Positions 18,358 through 32,712 of a stretch of DNA of 64,000 nucleotides are shown here, piece by piece. The first letter of the stretch is position 1. Each line of letters starts with the position of its first letter. Below the pieces are notes generated by a model. It searched no databases and was not told the origin of the DNA. It saw only the letters and a list, made by a program, of their open reading frames with translations. A program made the translations under genes and the position numbers. The stretch is from a bacterium (GTDB lineage Bacteria > Auribacterota > UBA3054). The stretch is from NCBI GenBank assembly GCA_017616555.1, contig JAFZXZ010000017.1, positions 26,586 through 90,585 of the forward strand. The letters run 5' to 3'.

Positions 18358-19707
18358 TTAGAAGAGGCCCTGCTCCAGCATGGCGGTCGCGACTTTCTTG
18401 AAACCGGCGATGTTGGCGCCGGCCACGAGGTCGTAACCCAAGCCGTACTCTTTGGCAGCCTCGGCGGAAGCGTCATGGATGTTCTTCATCATGACGGCAA
18501 GCTTGGCGTCCACTTCCTCGGCGGTCCAATTCAGGCGCTCGCTGTTCTGGGACATTTCCAGGGCGGAGACACCCACGCCGCCGGCATTGGCGGCCTTGGA
18601 GGGAGCGACGATGACGCCCTTCTCGCCTCTCAAATAATTGAGGGCTTCGTTGGTCGTCGGCATGTTGGAGACTTCAATGTAGTACTTCGTGCCGTTGGCG
18701 ACGATCTGCTTGGCTTCTTTGACATCGACTTCGTTCTGGGTGGCGGCGGGCATGACGATGTCGCCCTTGACGCCCCAGGGTTTCTCGCCCGGGAAATATT
18801 TGGCGCCGAATTTGTCGGCGTATTTCTTTATGTTCTTGTCGTTGGCGGCGCGCATCTGAAGCAGATAGTCGATCTTCTCGGGAGTGTTGACGCCCGCTTC
18901 ATCGAGGATGTAGCCGGCGCTGCCGGAAATGGTGATGACCTTGGCGCCGAGTTCGGCGGCCTTCTTGCAGATGCCCCAGGTCACGTTGCCGTAACCGGAA
19001 CAGACGATGGTCTTGCCCTTGATGGAGTCGTTCTCGTGCTTCAAAACTTCGTTGAGGTAGTAGATGGCGCCGTAGCCGGTCGCTTCCGGACGAATGAGGG
19101 AGCCGCCGTAAGTTAAGCCCTTGCCCGTCAGGACGCCGTTCTCAAAGACGCCTTTCAGCCTGCGGTACTGGCCGTAGAGGAAACCGATCTCGCGGCCGCC
19201 TACGCCGATATCGCCGGCCGGAACGTCAACGTCCGGACCGATGTAGCGGTAAAGGGCCGTCATGAAACTCTGGCAGAAACGCATGACTTCCGCGTCGGAT
19301 CTTCCCTTGGGATCGAAGTCGGAGCCGCCCTTGGCGCCGCCTATTGGCTGGCCGGTCAGAGCGTTCTTGAAAGTCTGTTCAAAGCCAAGGAAACGGATGA
19401 TGCCGGGGTAAACGGAAGGATGGAAGCGCAAGCCGCCCTTGTAGGGGCCGATGGCGCCGTTGAACTGGCAGCGGTAGCCGGTGTTGGTGTGGACTTTGCC
19501 GTTGTCGTCCGTCCAGACGACGCGGAAAGTGAACATCCTTTCGGGTTCCACCATCCTGCCCAGGATGTCAGCCTGCTCGTAAGCGGGGTTAGAGGCGATG
19601 ACGGGGTCAATGGAAGTTAAGACTTCCTCCACGGTCTGGCAGAATTCCGGCTGATGCGGATATTTCGCCTTGACTTTTTCGATGACGCTTTGAACGTAGG
19701 CGTTCAT
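18358..19707 (-). CDS. gdhA: NADP-specific glutamate dehydrogenase
   Basis: GPYKGGLRFHPSV, GGAKGGSDFDPKG, DVPAGDIGVG, RPEATGYG. Confidence 0.95.
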   Translation of the reverse strand: MNAYVQSVIEKVKAKYPHQPEFCQTVEEVLTSIDPVIASNPAYEQADILGRMVEPERMFTFRVVWTDDNGKVHTNTGYRCQFNGAIGPYKGGLRFHPSVYPGIIRFLGFEQTFKNALTGQPIGGAKGGSDFDPKGRSDAEVMRFCQSFMTALYRYIGPDVDVPAGDIGVGGREIGFLYGQYRRLKGVFENGVLTGKGLTYGGSLIRPEATGYGAIYYLNEVLKHENDSIKGKTIVCSGYGNVTWGICKKAAELGAKVITISGSAGYILDEAGVNTPEKIDYLLQMRAANDKNIKKYADKFGAKYFPGEKPWGVKGDIVMPAATQNEVDVKEAKQIVANGTKYYIEVSNMPTTNEALNYLRGEKGVIVAPSKAANAGGVGVSALEMSQNSERLNWTAEEVDAKLAVMMKNIHDASAEAAKEYGLGYDLVAGANIAGFKKVATAMLEQGLF

Positions 19708-19890
19708 TTGTATGTCTCCTTGGATCGTTGTATTTTTTAGATTTTTATTTTCAAAACATCCGGTTAGTTATGATACCAAATAGGAAATCACGTTTCAATA
19801 GGATAATAAAAATCCCCTTTCCCCTTCAGCCGTTGGCAAAGCGCAGGCGATAATAGTATAATGAACTAATTATCAAAAGTATTCGAGACT

Positions 19891-23918
<4,028 letters not shown>

Positions 23919-23940
23919 CAATAAATAAAAATTAAAAACC

Positions 23941-25335
23941 ATGCCTTACACCTGCGATGTTTTCGTAATGGGCGCCGGACCCGGCGGGTACCCGGCCGCC
24001 ATCAGAGCCGCCCAGCGCGGACTTAATGTAATGATAGCCGAAAGGACCGCCGTGGGCGGGACCTGCCTCAACTGGGGCTGCATTCCCACCAAGGCCCTGG
24101 TCGCCTCCGCTGAAGCTTTTCACACCGTCAAGAACGCCGCCGCCTTCGGCGTCTCAAATCCTGAAGGCGCGACCATAGATTACGCCAAAGCCATTGAAAG
24201 AAAGGACGGCGTGGTCAAGAAACTGACGGGCGGCATCGCCCAGCTATTGAAGGCCCACGGCGTCACGACCATCATGGGCAAGGCGCGCTTCGTCGATTCA
24301 AGCCACGCGGAAGTCGAGACCGAAAACGGCGTCGAAACGGTGGAATTCAAAAACTGCATCATCGCGACCGGCAGCGAATCCGCGCGTCCCCGCTTCATTC
24401 CCTTCGACGACGAAAGAATAGTGGAGAGCAAGACCTTCCTCGCGCAAACCACCCTCCCCTCCTCCGTCATAATAATCGGCGGCGGCGTGGTGGGCTGCGA
24501 ATTTGCCGGCATCTTAGCGGAATGCGGAACGAAAGTCACGATCGTGGAAATGCTCGACCGTCTCTTGCCCCTTGAAGATCCCGAGATCTCCAAGCACATT
24601 CTGAGAGCCTTCAAGAAGCGCGGCATAAATGTCATGCTGGGCGTCGGCATCTCCGACATTTCGCTAACCGAGACCGGCGTCACCGGCAAGGTCGGCGAAA
24701 CGACCATCGAAGCGGAAAAAATGCTGGTGGCCATTGGCAGAAGCATGAACACTGCGGACATCGGCCTCGACAGGATCGGCATTGAAACGGAACGCGGCTT
24801 CATCGCGGTAAACGACAAGATGCAAACTAAAGTTCCCCATATTTACGCCATCGGCGACATCACCGGCAAGATCCTTCTGGCCCACGTAGCGACCGCCCAA
24901 GGCATCGTGGCTGCGGAAAACTGCGCCGGCGCTAATGAAACCATGGATTACCGCGTGGTGCCCTCTTGCATCTTCACCGTGCCGGAAATAGCTTCCGTCG
25001 GCCTCTCCGAACCGAAGGCCGTTGAAGCCGGACACGAAGTCACGATTGCGCAGTTCCCCATCGGCGCCTTGGGCAAAGCGCTTGCCATGGGCGAAATCGA
25101 AGGCTTCTTTAGGCTCATCTCGGACGCCAAGACCGACGAGCTCTTGGGCGCCCAAATCATGGGCGCGCACGCCTCCGACATCATTGCGGAACTGGCGCTC
25201 GCCATCTCGCAAAAAATGACCGCCAAACAATTAGGCGACGTCATCCACGCCCATCCCAGTCTTGCTGAGGGCGTCATGGAAGCGGCCCACGCCATCCACA
25301 AGCTCTGCGTGCACCAGGCTCCCCCGAGAAAGTAA
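23941..25335 (+). CDS. lpdA: Dihydrolipoamide dehydrogenase
   Basis: GAGPGG, GGTCLNWGCIPTK, HAHPSLAE. Confidence 0.93.
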   Translation: MPYTCDVFVMGAGPGGYPAAIRAAQRGLNVMIAERTAVGGTCLNWGCIPTKALVASAEAFHTVKNAAAFGVSNPEGATIDYAKAIERKDGVVKKLTGGIAQLLKAHGVTTIMGKARFVDSSHAEVETENGVETVEFKNCIIATGSESARPRFIPFDDERIVESKTFLAQTTLPSSVIIIGGGVVGCEFAGILAECGTKVTIVEMLDRLLPLEDPEISKHILRAFKKRGINVMLGVGISDISLTETGVTGKVGETTIEAEKMLVAIGRSMNTADIGLDRIGIETERGFIAVNDKMQTKVPHIYAIGDITGKILLAHVATAQGIVAAENCAGANETMDYRVVPSCIFTVPEIASVGLSEPKAVEAGHEVTIAQFPIGALGKALAMGEIEGFFRLISDAKTDELLGAQIMGAHASDIIAELALAISQKMTAKQLGDVIHAHPSLAEGVMEAAHAIHKLCVHQAPPRK

Positions 25336-25346
25336 AAGTCAAAGAC

Positions 25347-25381
25347 AAAAAAAGCCCGCGAAAGATCGCGGGCTTTTTTTT
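25347..25381. terminator. Bidirectional Rho-independent terminator
   Basis: A7-GCCCGCGA-AAGA-TCGCGGGC-T8. Confidence 0.85.
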
Positions 25382-25392
25382 GCACTTAAGCT

Positions 25393-26358
25393 TTATTCGT
25401 TTTTAGTGAACCTGAAATAGCAGCCTATGTTGTATTGAGACTTCAAGGTCAGCTTGAACTTGTGGTTCTTCTTGTTGAGGGAGAACTTAAGAGCAACCTT
25501 GGCTCCCTCCACGATCGACGTATTGTCGCAGCAATACTGGTTGCCCTTGTCGATCAAATTAAAGCTCTGACCGCCGTACATATCGGGATGCGAGATCCAG
25601 CCGTGATAGAAAGACACGGTGCTGTTGTTGAAGGGATCCTTGTCCTGGTTGTAAATATTGCTATTCTTGCCGGAGAAAGTGTTCTGAACAAGTAAATTCT
25701 CGACAAACGGGGAGCCCTCGGAAAATGTTCCCAGGTTGAAATATTTGTTGGCGTAAGTTGGGCCTATCTTGAAAGTCAGCGTGGTTTTTTTGCGCTTGAA
25801 ATTCAAACTTACGTCATTGGCTTTAAAATAGGCGTCGGAGCCTTTGGGGATCAGGCAGAAATAGTCGGAAAATATGCTGCCTTTGCAGCTGATGAAAAAT
25901 CTGTGCTGACCATCAGCGTCGATCCTTCCCAGCGTCTCGTCCGTCACTACCCCCGACATCTTCAGGGTGCTATCCGATCCCGACTGATCTATCTTGCAAC
26001 CCTTGTTCCCTCCTTTGACTTTGAAGACCATGCCGGTGCCGGCGGCTGGGAAAGCAAAGGGTCCGCCGCCTTCGTAGGGAGCGTAGCCGCCGGAGGTCCT
26101 GCTGTTGAAAATGTAGTATTCGCCCGGTTTCAGTTTTTTGCTCCAGCCGCGGCCGCTGATGTCAGATTCTATTGTGGCAAGGATCTTGGTGTGGCTGTAA
26201 TCCTCGCTGATGGAAAACTGGTAGCCCGGGACTGGCAATCCGCTCTCCTCGTCCTGCACTTCTATCAAAAGTTTTCCATTGTAATTGATCATGGCGTCGG
26301 CGCAAAGAGATCCGAAGGCAGCCAAAAGCCCTAAAAGGAAAAACGTTCTCATCATCAT
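25393..26358 (-). CDS. Hypothetical exported protein, N-terminal prealbumin/Cna-B-like fold possible
   Basis: Signal peptide; DEESGLPVPGYQFSI and LKPGEYYI resemble SpaA/Cna-B segments. Confidence 0.55.
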   Translation of the reverse strand: MMMRTFFLLGLLAAFGSLCADAMINYNGKLLIEVQDEESGLPVPGYQFSISEDYSHTKILATIESDISGRGWSKKLKPGEYYIFNSRTSGGYAPYEGGGPFAFPAAGTGMVFKVKGGNKGCKIDQSGSDSTLKMSGVVTDETLGRIDADGQHRFFISCKGSIFSDYFCLIPKGSDAYFKANDVSLNFKRKKTTLTFKIGPTYANKYFNLGTFSEGSPFVENLLVQNTFSGKNSNIYNQDKDPFNNSTVSFYHGWISHPDMYGGQSFNLIDKGNQYCCDNTSIVEGAKVALKFSLNKKNHKFKLTLKSQYNIGCYFRFTKNE

Positions 26359-26430
26359 TCCGTTCAGTTGGTTATCTTGCCTTTATTATAACATATCGAC
26401 CTATCGTCGCGGAGAGCGGCATACGCCAAA

Positions 26431-26632
26431 GGGAGCATATATCCCCCGCTCACGGACTACGCGCGCTTGGCCTTGATTTGCGTCCTCCGTGAGTTCGCTT
26501 GGGGGTACATGCTGCGTTCGCACTTGAGTCTTGTCAGTATCCTCCGTGAGTTCGCAGGCGATAGAATCATGTGCCCGTAAGCAAACTTAGCGAAGCCTGT
26601 TTGCCAAGGGCATATGATTTATCGCCTGCGAA
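26431..26632. repeat. Structured intergenic element: two long hairpins plus a 16-bp direct repeat
   Basis: TCCTCCGTGAGTTCGC at 26483 and 26540; TTCGCAGGCGATA (26551) pairs with TATCGCCTGCGAA (26620). Confidence 0.7.
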
Positions 26633-26694
26633 ATAGTGGGCGGTTATGATATAATGACAAATAGTTTAATCTGCAATAGAACTTAAGGAACACT

Positions 26695-27867
26695 ATGGAT
26701 TTTCCCCTTTCCAAAAGGCTTTCCATGCTGCCGCCGTATCTCTTCCAAGAGATCGACGCTCTGAAAAGCGAACTGAAGAAATCGGGCGCGGACGTCATCA
26801 ATCTGGGCATCGGCGACCCTGACCTCCCCACTCCTCCGCACATCGTGGAAGCTTTAAGAAAAGCCGCCCTGAATCCCGCCAACCATCAGTACGACTTTGG
26901 CAACGGCAAACAGGCTCTGAGAGAAGCCTGCGCTGATTATTATAAAACCCGTTTCGGCGTGACCGTTGATCCCAACACCGAGATCATACCGCTCCTTGGC
27001 TCCAAGGAAGGCATCGGGCATATCCACCTTGCGTTCGTCAACCCTGGCGAAGTGGTGCTCGTTCCGGAACCGGGATACCCGGTCTATCATTCCGGCACGC
27101 TTTTCGCTGACGCCGAGACTTACTATATGCCGCTTAAGGAAGAGAACGATTATCTTCCCGACCTCGACGCCATTCCGGAAGAAATTGCGCAGAAGGCGAA
27201 GATGATGTTCCTCTGCTACCCCAACAACCCCATCGCTGTCACCGCGCCGCTCTCCTTTTACAAGAAAGCCCTGGACTTCGCGAAGAAATACAACATCATC
27301 ATCGCCCACGACGCGGCCTACGCCGACGTTTACTACGACGGCATCAAGCCCCATTCCTTCCTGGAAGTTGAGGGCGCCAAGGAATACTGCGTGGAGTACT
27401 ACTCGCTTTCCAAGACCTACAATATGACGGGCTGGAGGGTGGCTTTCGCGGTCGGCAATCCTTCTTTGGTGGCCGGGCTCTACCGCATCAAAGGCAACCT
27501 TGACTCCGGCATCTTCGGCGCCGTCCAGGACGCCGCCGTGGAAGCGCTGACGGGCGACCAAAGTTGGCGTGAAGAGCTGCTTCGTACTTACCAGGAAAGA
27601 AGGGATGCGCTAGTCAACGGCCTGCAGGCCCTGGGCTGTCCCGTGAAGCCTAGTCAGGCGGCCTTTTACGTCTGGGCGCCCGTCCCTCAGGGCATGACGA
27701 GCAAGGAGACCGCCATGAAACTTCTTAAGGAAGCGGCGGTGGTGGCCACTCCCGGCAACGGCTTCGGCCCCTCCGGCGAAGGCTATATCAGGATGACTCT
27801 GACCGCTCCCAAGGAAAGGCTCCTTGAAGCGGTGGAAAGGATCAAAAAGCTCAACATTTACAAATGA
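26695..27867 (+). CDS. dapL: LL-diaminopimelate aminotransferase (class I/II PLP)
   Basis: LPPYLF, LGIGDPD, GSKEGI, YPNNP, HDAAY, SLSKTYNMTGWR; extended -10 TGATATAAT upstream. Confidence 0.85.
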   Translation: MDFPLSKRLSMLPPYLFQEIDALKSELKKSGADVINLGIGDPDLPTPPHIVEALRKAALNPANHQYDFGNGKQALREACADYYKTRFGVTVDPNTEIIPLLGSKEGIGHIHLAFVNPGEVVLVPEPGYPVYHSGTLFADAETYYMPLKEENDYLPDLDAIPEEIAQKAKMMFLCYPNNPIAVTAPLSFYKKALDFAKKYNIIIAHDAAYADVYYDGIKPHSFLEVEGAKEYCVEYYSLSKTYNMTGWRVAFAVGNPSLVAGLYRIKGNLDSGIFGAVQDAAVEALTGDQSWREELLRTYQERRDALVNGLQALGCPVKPSQAAFYVWAPVPQGMTSKETAMKLLKEAAVVATPGNGFGPSGEGYIRMTLTAPKERLLEAVERIKKLNIYK

Positions 27868-28355
27868 CATTAAGCTATCTCAGTCTTGGGTCAAATCTGG
27901 GAGACAGACTTGGCAATCTTAAGAGCGCAGTGGCAAAACTGCGCGAAAAGGTTGCTGTCACTTCGTTGTCTTCCGTCTGGGAGACCGCGCCCATAGACTG
28001 TCCCGCCGGTAGCTCTCCTTTCCTCGACATGGTCGTCTCCTGCGAACATGAAATGAATGAGCGCGAACTGCTCGCTTTTACCCAGAGCATCGAAAAGGAG
28101 CTGGGCAGACCTAATGAGCATGAAAAGAATTCTCCCAGGACTTGCGATATCGACATACTGACTTTCAATGATGAGTGCGTGAACGAACCTGAACTCACGA
28201 TCCCGCACCCCAGGATGAAAGAAAGGCTCTTCGTGCTTGCGCCCTTGAGGGAATTGCAGAAAGATGCTTTTCAATTCGGCAAAGAATACGCATCTCTTCT
28301 TGACGCTCAGGAAGTCAGGCTCTACGCCCCCGCCTTTATTTTGCAACAAGCATAA
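27864..28355 (+). CDS. folK: 2-amino-4-hydroxy-6-hydroxymethyldihydropteridine diphosphokinase
   Basis: LSLGSNLGDR, PRTCDIDIL, IPHPRMKERLFVLAPL. Confidence 0.93.
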   Translation: MTLSYLSLGSNLGDRLGNLKSAVAKLREKVAVTSLSSVWETAPIDCPAGSSPFLDMVVSCEHEMNERELLAFTQSIEKELGRPNEHEKNSPRTCDIDILTFNDECVNEPELTIPHPRMKERLFVLAPLRELQKDAFQFGKEYASLLDAQEVRLYAPAFILQQA

Positions 28356-28364
28356 TTTAAACAT

Positions 28365-29345
28365 ATGGAAACAAAACTTCTTCGTCTTTCCTCATCGCCG
28401 CACATCAGGTCGGGAGACTCCATCCCGAAAGTCATGTGGACGGTCTTTCTGGCGCTGCTGCCGGCTTTGATCTGGAGCTACGTCATCTTCGGCCTCATGG
28501 CGGTCAAACTCACGATCGTCTGCGTTCTCTTCGCCATGGTCTGCGAGGCTGTCTGCCTTAAGATTCGGAAGCAGCCGATCAGATCCTGCTGGGACGGCAG
28601 CGCAGCTTTGACCGGGCTCTTAGTCTCCTTCAACGTTCCGCCGACCATCCCCTTGTGGATGCCGATGCTCGGCACAGCGCTGGCGGTCATAATCGTGAAG
28701 CAGTGCTTCGGCGGATTGGGCTGCAATATCTTCAACCCCGCTCTTATCGGGCGCGCGTTCCTTCTGGCTTCCTTCCCGAAGCATATGACGAGCTGGACAC
28801 TGGGCGCGCAGTTCGGCAACCCGGTTGACGCTATCTCCCAGGCGACGCCCCTGGGACTCTTGAAGGAAGGCGGCCAGGACGCTCTCATAAGCGCGTTCGG
28901 TTCGAAGGGCAGCATGTACCTTGACCTGGCCTTCGGCTACGGCAGAGGGGCCATAGGCTGCGTCGGCGAGATCTCCGCCGTATTGCTGCTTTTGGGCGGG
29001 CTCTTCCTGCTCATAAGAGGCATAATCACTTGGCACATCCCCGTAAGCTTCCTTGTGACGCTGGCCTTGGTCACTCTGATCTTCAAGGGCGACCCGCTCT
29101 TCGCGATCCTCTCGGGCGGCGCGATGCTGGGCGCCTGGTTCATGGCGACCGACATGGTCACTTCCCCTCTGACGCACAAAGGGCAATTGATCTTCGGATT
29201 TGGCTGCGGACTTTTGACTTTCATAATAAGACGCTGGGGCGGTTATCCGGAGGGCGTTTCCTACTCAATCCTGATCATGAACGCCACGGTGCCCCTGATC
29301 GACGGTCTTATTTCTAACAGAGTATTCGGGACGGGCAAGAAATGA
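28365..29345 (+). CDS. rnfD: Rnf electron transport complex subunit D
   Basis: SSSPHI, FGGLGCNIFNPAL, DAISQATPL FMN site, FMATD. Confidence 0.92.
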   Translation: METKLLRLSSSPHIRSGDSIPKVMWTVFLALLPALIWSYVIFGLMAVKLTIVCVLFAMVCEAVCLKIRKQPIRSCWDGSAALTGLLVSFNVPPTIPLWMPMLGTALAVIIVKQCFGGLGCNIFNPALIGRAFLLASFPKHMTSWTLGAQFGNPVDAISQATPLGLLKEGGQDALISAFGSKGSMYLDLAFGYGRGAIGCVGEISAVLLLLGGLFLLIRGIITWHIPVSFLVTLALVTLIFKGDPLFAILSGGAMLGAWFMATDMVTSPLTHKGQLIFGFGCGLLTFIIRRWGGYPEGVSYSILIMNATVPLIDGLISNRVFGTGKK

Positions 29346-29986
29346 AAACCATACTGCATTACGGCTTAGTCCTTCTCATCATTGCCGGCGTGGCCGGCGT
29401 AGGGCTGTCCTTGGTTGACAGGATCACAAAGGAGCCCATCCAGGCCGCCCAGGCGAAAAGGCTTGAGGAAGGCCAGAAGCTGGCTTTCCCAAGCGCCTCC
29501 TCTTTCGGTGAACTGAAAAAGGTGGAAACGGAAGGCAAGACCATCTCTTATTACGAAGTCTTCGACGAAAGCAAGAACGTGATCGGCTACGAGCTTTTGT
29601 ACCAGGTCGGCGGCTATCAGTCCCAGATCAAAGTTCTAAGCGGCATCGAGCCCGACGGCAAAGTCGTCGCCATCAGGGTGCTCGAGCAGGCGGAGACTCC
29701 GGGCTTAGGTGCGGAAGTGGACGCGCTTCCTTCCAACGACACCATATTGAGCGCCATCAAAGGACTCTTCTCCTCAAAGGAAGAAAAATCCGAGGAGAGC
29801 CAGATCCCCTGGTTCCAGGCGCAGTTCTCCGGCAAGACGCCCGAGGATCTCATTGTCGTGAAGACGAAAGATCCGAAGCACATCACCGCTCTTTCCGGCG
29901 CGACCATAACAAGTACCGCCGTGACGAAGGCGGTCAAGGAACCGATTGAGCTCTTCCTAAAAGCTAAAGCGGAGGGACAATTATGA
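29342..29986 (+). CDS. rnfG: Rnf subunit G
   Basis: ETPGLG, SGATITS FMN motif, N-terminal TM helix. Confidence 0.9.
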   Translation: MKTILHYGLVLLIIAGVAGVGLSLVDRITKEPIQAAQAKRLEEGQKLAFPSASSFGELKKVETEGKTISYYEVFDESKNVIGYELLYQVGGYQSQIKVLSGIEPDGKVVAIRVLEQAETPGLGAEVDALPSNDTILSAIKGLFSSKEEKSEESQIPWFQAQFSGKTPEDLIVVKTKDPKHITALSGATITSTAVTKAVKEPIELFLKAKAEGQL

Positions 29987-30576
29987 GTCTTCTCAAGGAA
30001 TTTTTAAAAGGCATCTGGGAAAAGAACCCTGTATTGGTCCTTTCCTTGGGCTTGTGCCCGACTCTCGCCACGAGCGGAAGCATGCGCAACGCCGTAGGTA
30101 TGGGCCTTTCCGTCATCGCGGTTCTGACTTTCTCCAACATCATCATTTCCCTTATAAAGGGCTTCGTGCCTTCCAAGATCAGGATCCCCTGCTACATCAT
30201 CGTCATCGCTTTTTTGGTGACGGTCGTCGATATGCTGATTGCGGGCTTCGCACCGGAACTTAGCAAGGCCATCGGACTCTTCATAAAATTGATCGTGGTG
30301 AACTGCATCATCCTTGGCCGCGCGGAAGCTTTCGCCGCCAAGAACAATCCCCTTAGAGCCGCGCTCGACGGGCTTGGCATGGGGATAGGCTTCCTTATCG
30401 CCATCTCCATCATCGCGACCATCAGGGAAGTTTTGGGCGCCAACAAATGGTTCGGGCTGACGGTCGTTCCCGGCTGGGACCCCATCGGCATCATGATCCT
30501 CCCCGCCGGCGCGCTTTTAACTTTCGGCCTCGTCATGGCCGTGCGTAACGTCTTAGCCCAGAGGAGAGCCAAATGA
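29983..30576 (+). CDS. rnfE: Rnf subunit E
   Basis: LGLCPTLA, LIVVNCIILGRAEAFA. Confidence 0.92.
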   Translation: MSLLKEFLKGIWEKNPVLVLSLGLCPTLATSGSMRNAVGMGLSVIAVLTFSNIIISLIKGFVPSKIRIPCYIIVIAFLVTVVDMLIAGFAPELSKAIGLFIKLIVVNCIILGRAEAFAAKNNPLRAALDGLGMGIGFLIAISIIATIREVLGANKWFGLTVVPGWDPIGIMILPAGALLTFGLVMAVRNVLAQRRAK

Positions 30577-31247
30577 ACCTAGCCACTGCCTTTCTAGTCG
30601 TCATTTCCGTTGTTCTCGTCAACAACTTTATCTTCTCGCGCTTCCTTGGCTATTGCCCGTACATCGGCGTTTCCACGGAAAAGAAGTCGGCCCTCGGCAT
30701 GGGGCTCGCCGTCATCTTCGTCATGACGCTATCGAGCGTCGTCTGCTGGCTCGTCTATCACTTCTTCCTCTACCCCTCCGAAAGCAATCTCTTCTACAAG
30801 ATCTTCGGCGGAGGACAGGGAGTCGAATCTTTCGACCTGCGCTACCTGATGACGCTGGTCTTCATCCTTGTCATCGCGGCTCTCGTGCAGTTCGTGGAGA
30901 TGGTCATCCAGAAGATCGCCCCGCCCCTTTACGCGGCATTAGGCATCTACCTTCCTCTTATCACGACGAACTGCGCCGTCCTTGGCGTTACTATCCTCAA
31001 TATCGAGGGCGTCACCATCAACGGCACGGCCCTTGGCTACGGACACCCAATGAGCCTCCTCTTTGGCGTTTTGCAGGGGTTTGGCGCCGGATGCGGCTTC
31101 CTACTCGCCTTAATGCTGATGGCGGGCATAAGGGAGCGTCTGGCGCTCGTTGACATTCCCAAGCCTTTCAGGGGAATGCCCATCGCCTTCCTTACCGCCG
31201 CGCTTTTGGCCATAGCCTTCATGGGCTTCGCCGGCCTTGTTAAATAA
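30573..31247 (+). CDS. rnfA: Rnf subunit A
   Basis: FLGYCPYIGVS, IAALVQFVEM, LPLITTNCAVLG. Confidence 0.92.
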   Translation: MNLATAFLVVISVVLVNNFIFSRFLGYCPYIGVSTEKKSALGMGLAVIFVMTLSSVVCWLVYHFFLYPSESNLFYKIFGGGQGVESFDLRYLMTLVFILVIAALVQFVEMVIQKIAPPLYAALGIYLPLITTNCAVLGVTILNIEGVTINGTALGYGHPMSLLFGVLQGFGAGCGFLLALMLMAGIRERLALVDIPKPFRGMPIAFLTAALLAIAFMGFAGLVK

Positions 31248-31263
31248 AAACGAAGTTATAAAG

Positions 31264-32712
31264 ATGGAAAACGAAAAAGAAAAACCGGCTGCTCCAGTTG
31301 AAGAGCAGGAACAGAGAATAAAGACCAAGCACTCCCTAATACTTGGCAAAACGAAACTGAATTACACCGCCACGACCGGCACGCTCTTTCTTAGGGAGCA
31401 CAAGGACGAGAGCAAAATTAAGGCCAGGATCTTTTTCACCTACTACGAACTGGACGGCGTAAAAGACAAGGCCAAACGCCCCGTGATCTTCATCTACAAC
31501 GGCGGCCCTGGCAGTTCTTCCATCTGGCTGCACATGGGCGCCTTCGGCCCCAGGCGCTGCAAGATGAATGCCGACGGCTCCGCTCCCAAACCGCCTTTTG
31601 AGATCGTGGACAACAAGGAAACGCTCCTCACTGCCGCCGATCTGGTCTTCGTCGATCCTGTCAGCACGGGCTTCTCCCGCGCCGCCGACCTCGAGCACGA
31701 AGACGAATTTCACGGTCTTGAAAAAGACATCGAGGCCATGGGCGACTTCATCATGCGCTTCTGCAGCCAGCAGGGCCGCTGGATGTCCCCGAAGTACCTC
31801 CTGGGCGAAAGCTACGGCACGACGCGCTCCGCAGGGCTTGCCGGATACCTGAACAACGAGCAGGGCATGTACCTGAACGGCATCATCCTCGTCTCCTCCA
31901 TCCTTGATTTCGGCACCGCCCGTTTCGACTTCGGCAACGACCTCCCCTTCATTCTCTTCCTTCCGACCTACGCCGCCATCGCGCACTATCACAAGAAAGC
32001 CGGCGTTGGACAAAAGCAGGACGATTTCCTGGCCGAAGTGGAAAGCTTTGCGGTCAACGAATATCTCCGCGCGCTCTTTTTAGGCACTGAACTTCCTGAA
32101 GATGAAAAACAGGAAGTCGCGAAAAAGCTGGCCGCCTACACCGGACTCACAGAGCAGTTCGTGCTTGACTGCAACCTAAAGCCCAGTATCTGGCGCTTCA
32201 CCAAAAATCTCCTGAAAGAGGAAGGCTATTCCGTCGGCCGCTTCGACGGCAGGATCAAAGGCCGCGACGGCGAACGTGCCGGCGACCATCCCGAGACCGA
32301 CCCAAGCCATTCCGCCACGGCGGGCGTTTTCACGACCTGCTTCAACGACTACGTCAGGACTGAGCTGAACTACGATTCCGAAAAACTATATCTGGTCCTG
32401 ACCGGACGCGCCCATCCCTGGAAATTCGACCACGAGGGCAAATATGTCAACGTGAGCGACAGGCTGCGCCAGGCCATCTGCCGCAACACGGACCTGAAGG
32501 TCCTCATCGCCAACGGCTACTTCGACCTGGCTACGCCGTACTTCGCCACCTGGCACACGGTGAACCATATGCCCTTGACGCCGGAACTCAAGAAGAACAT
32601 CTCCCAGACCTACTACCAGGGCGGGCACATGATGTACACCATCGATTCTGAGCGCGAGAAACTAAAAAAGGACATCGTCAGCTTCATAGCCAAGACGACC
32701 AACAAGAAGTAA
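31264..32712 (+). CDS. Peptidase S10 serine carboxypeptidase
   Basis: YNGGPGSSS, DPVSTGFS, GESYG nucleophile, GGHMMY; ATG at 31264 preferred. Confidence 0.9.
   Translation: MENEKEKPAAPVEEQEQRIKTKHSLILGKTKLNYTATTGTLFLREHKDESKIKARIFFTYYELDGVKDKAKRPVIFIYNGGPGSSSIWLHMGAFGPRRCKMNADGSAPKPPFEIVDNKETLLTAADLVFVDPVSTGFSRAADLEHEDEFHGLEKDIEAMGDFIMRFCSQQGRWMSPKYLLGESYGTTRSAGLAGYLNNEQGMYLNGIILVSSILDFGTARFDFGNDLPFILFLPTYAAIAHYHKKAGVGQKQDDFLAEVESFAVNEYLRALFLGTELPEDEKQEVAKKLAAYTGLTEQFVLDCNLKPSIWRFTKNLLKEEGYSVGRFDGRIKGRDGERAGDHPETDPSHSATAGVFTTCFNDYVRTELNYDSEKLYLVLTGRAHPWKFDHEGKYVNVSDRLRQAICRNTDLKVLIANGYFDLATPYFATWHTVNHMPLTPELKKNISQTYYQGGHMMYTIDSEREKLKKDIVSFIAKTTNKK

Noticed and set aside
16375-19116. Plus-strand ORFs 16375..17916 and 18301..19116
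   Set aside because: Antisense to metY and gdhA; the first also crosses a terminator
26401-26690. Lysine riboswitch upstream of dapL
   Set aside because: No lysine-riboswitch consensus, and the likely dapL -10 box lies downstream of the structure
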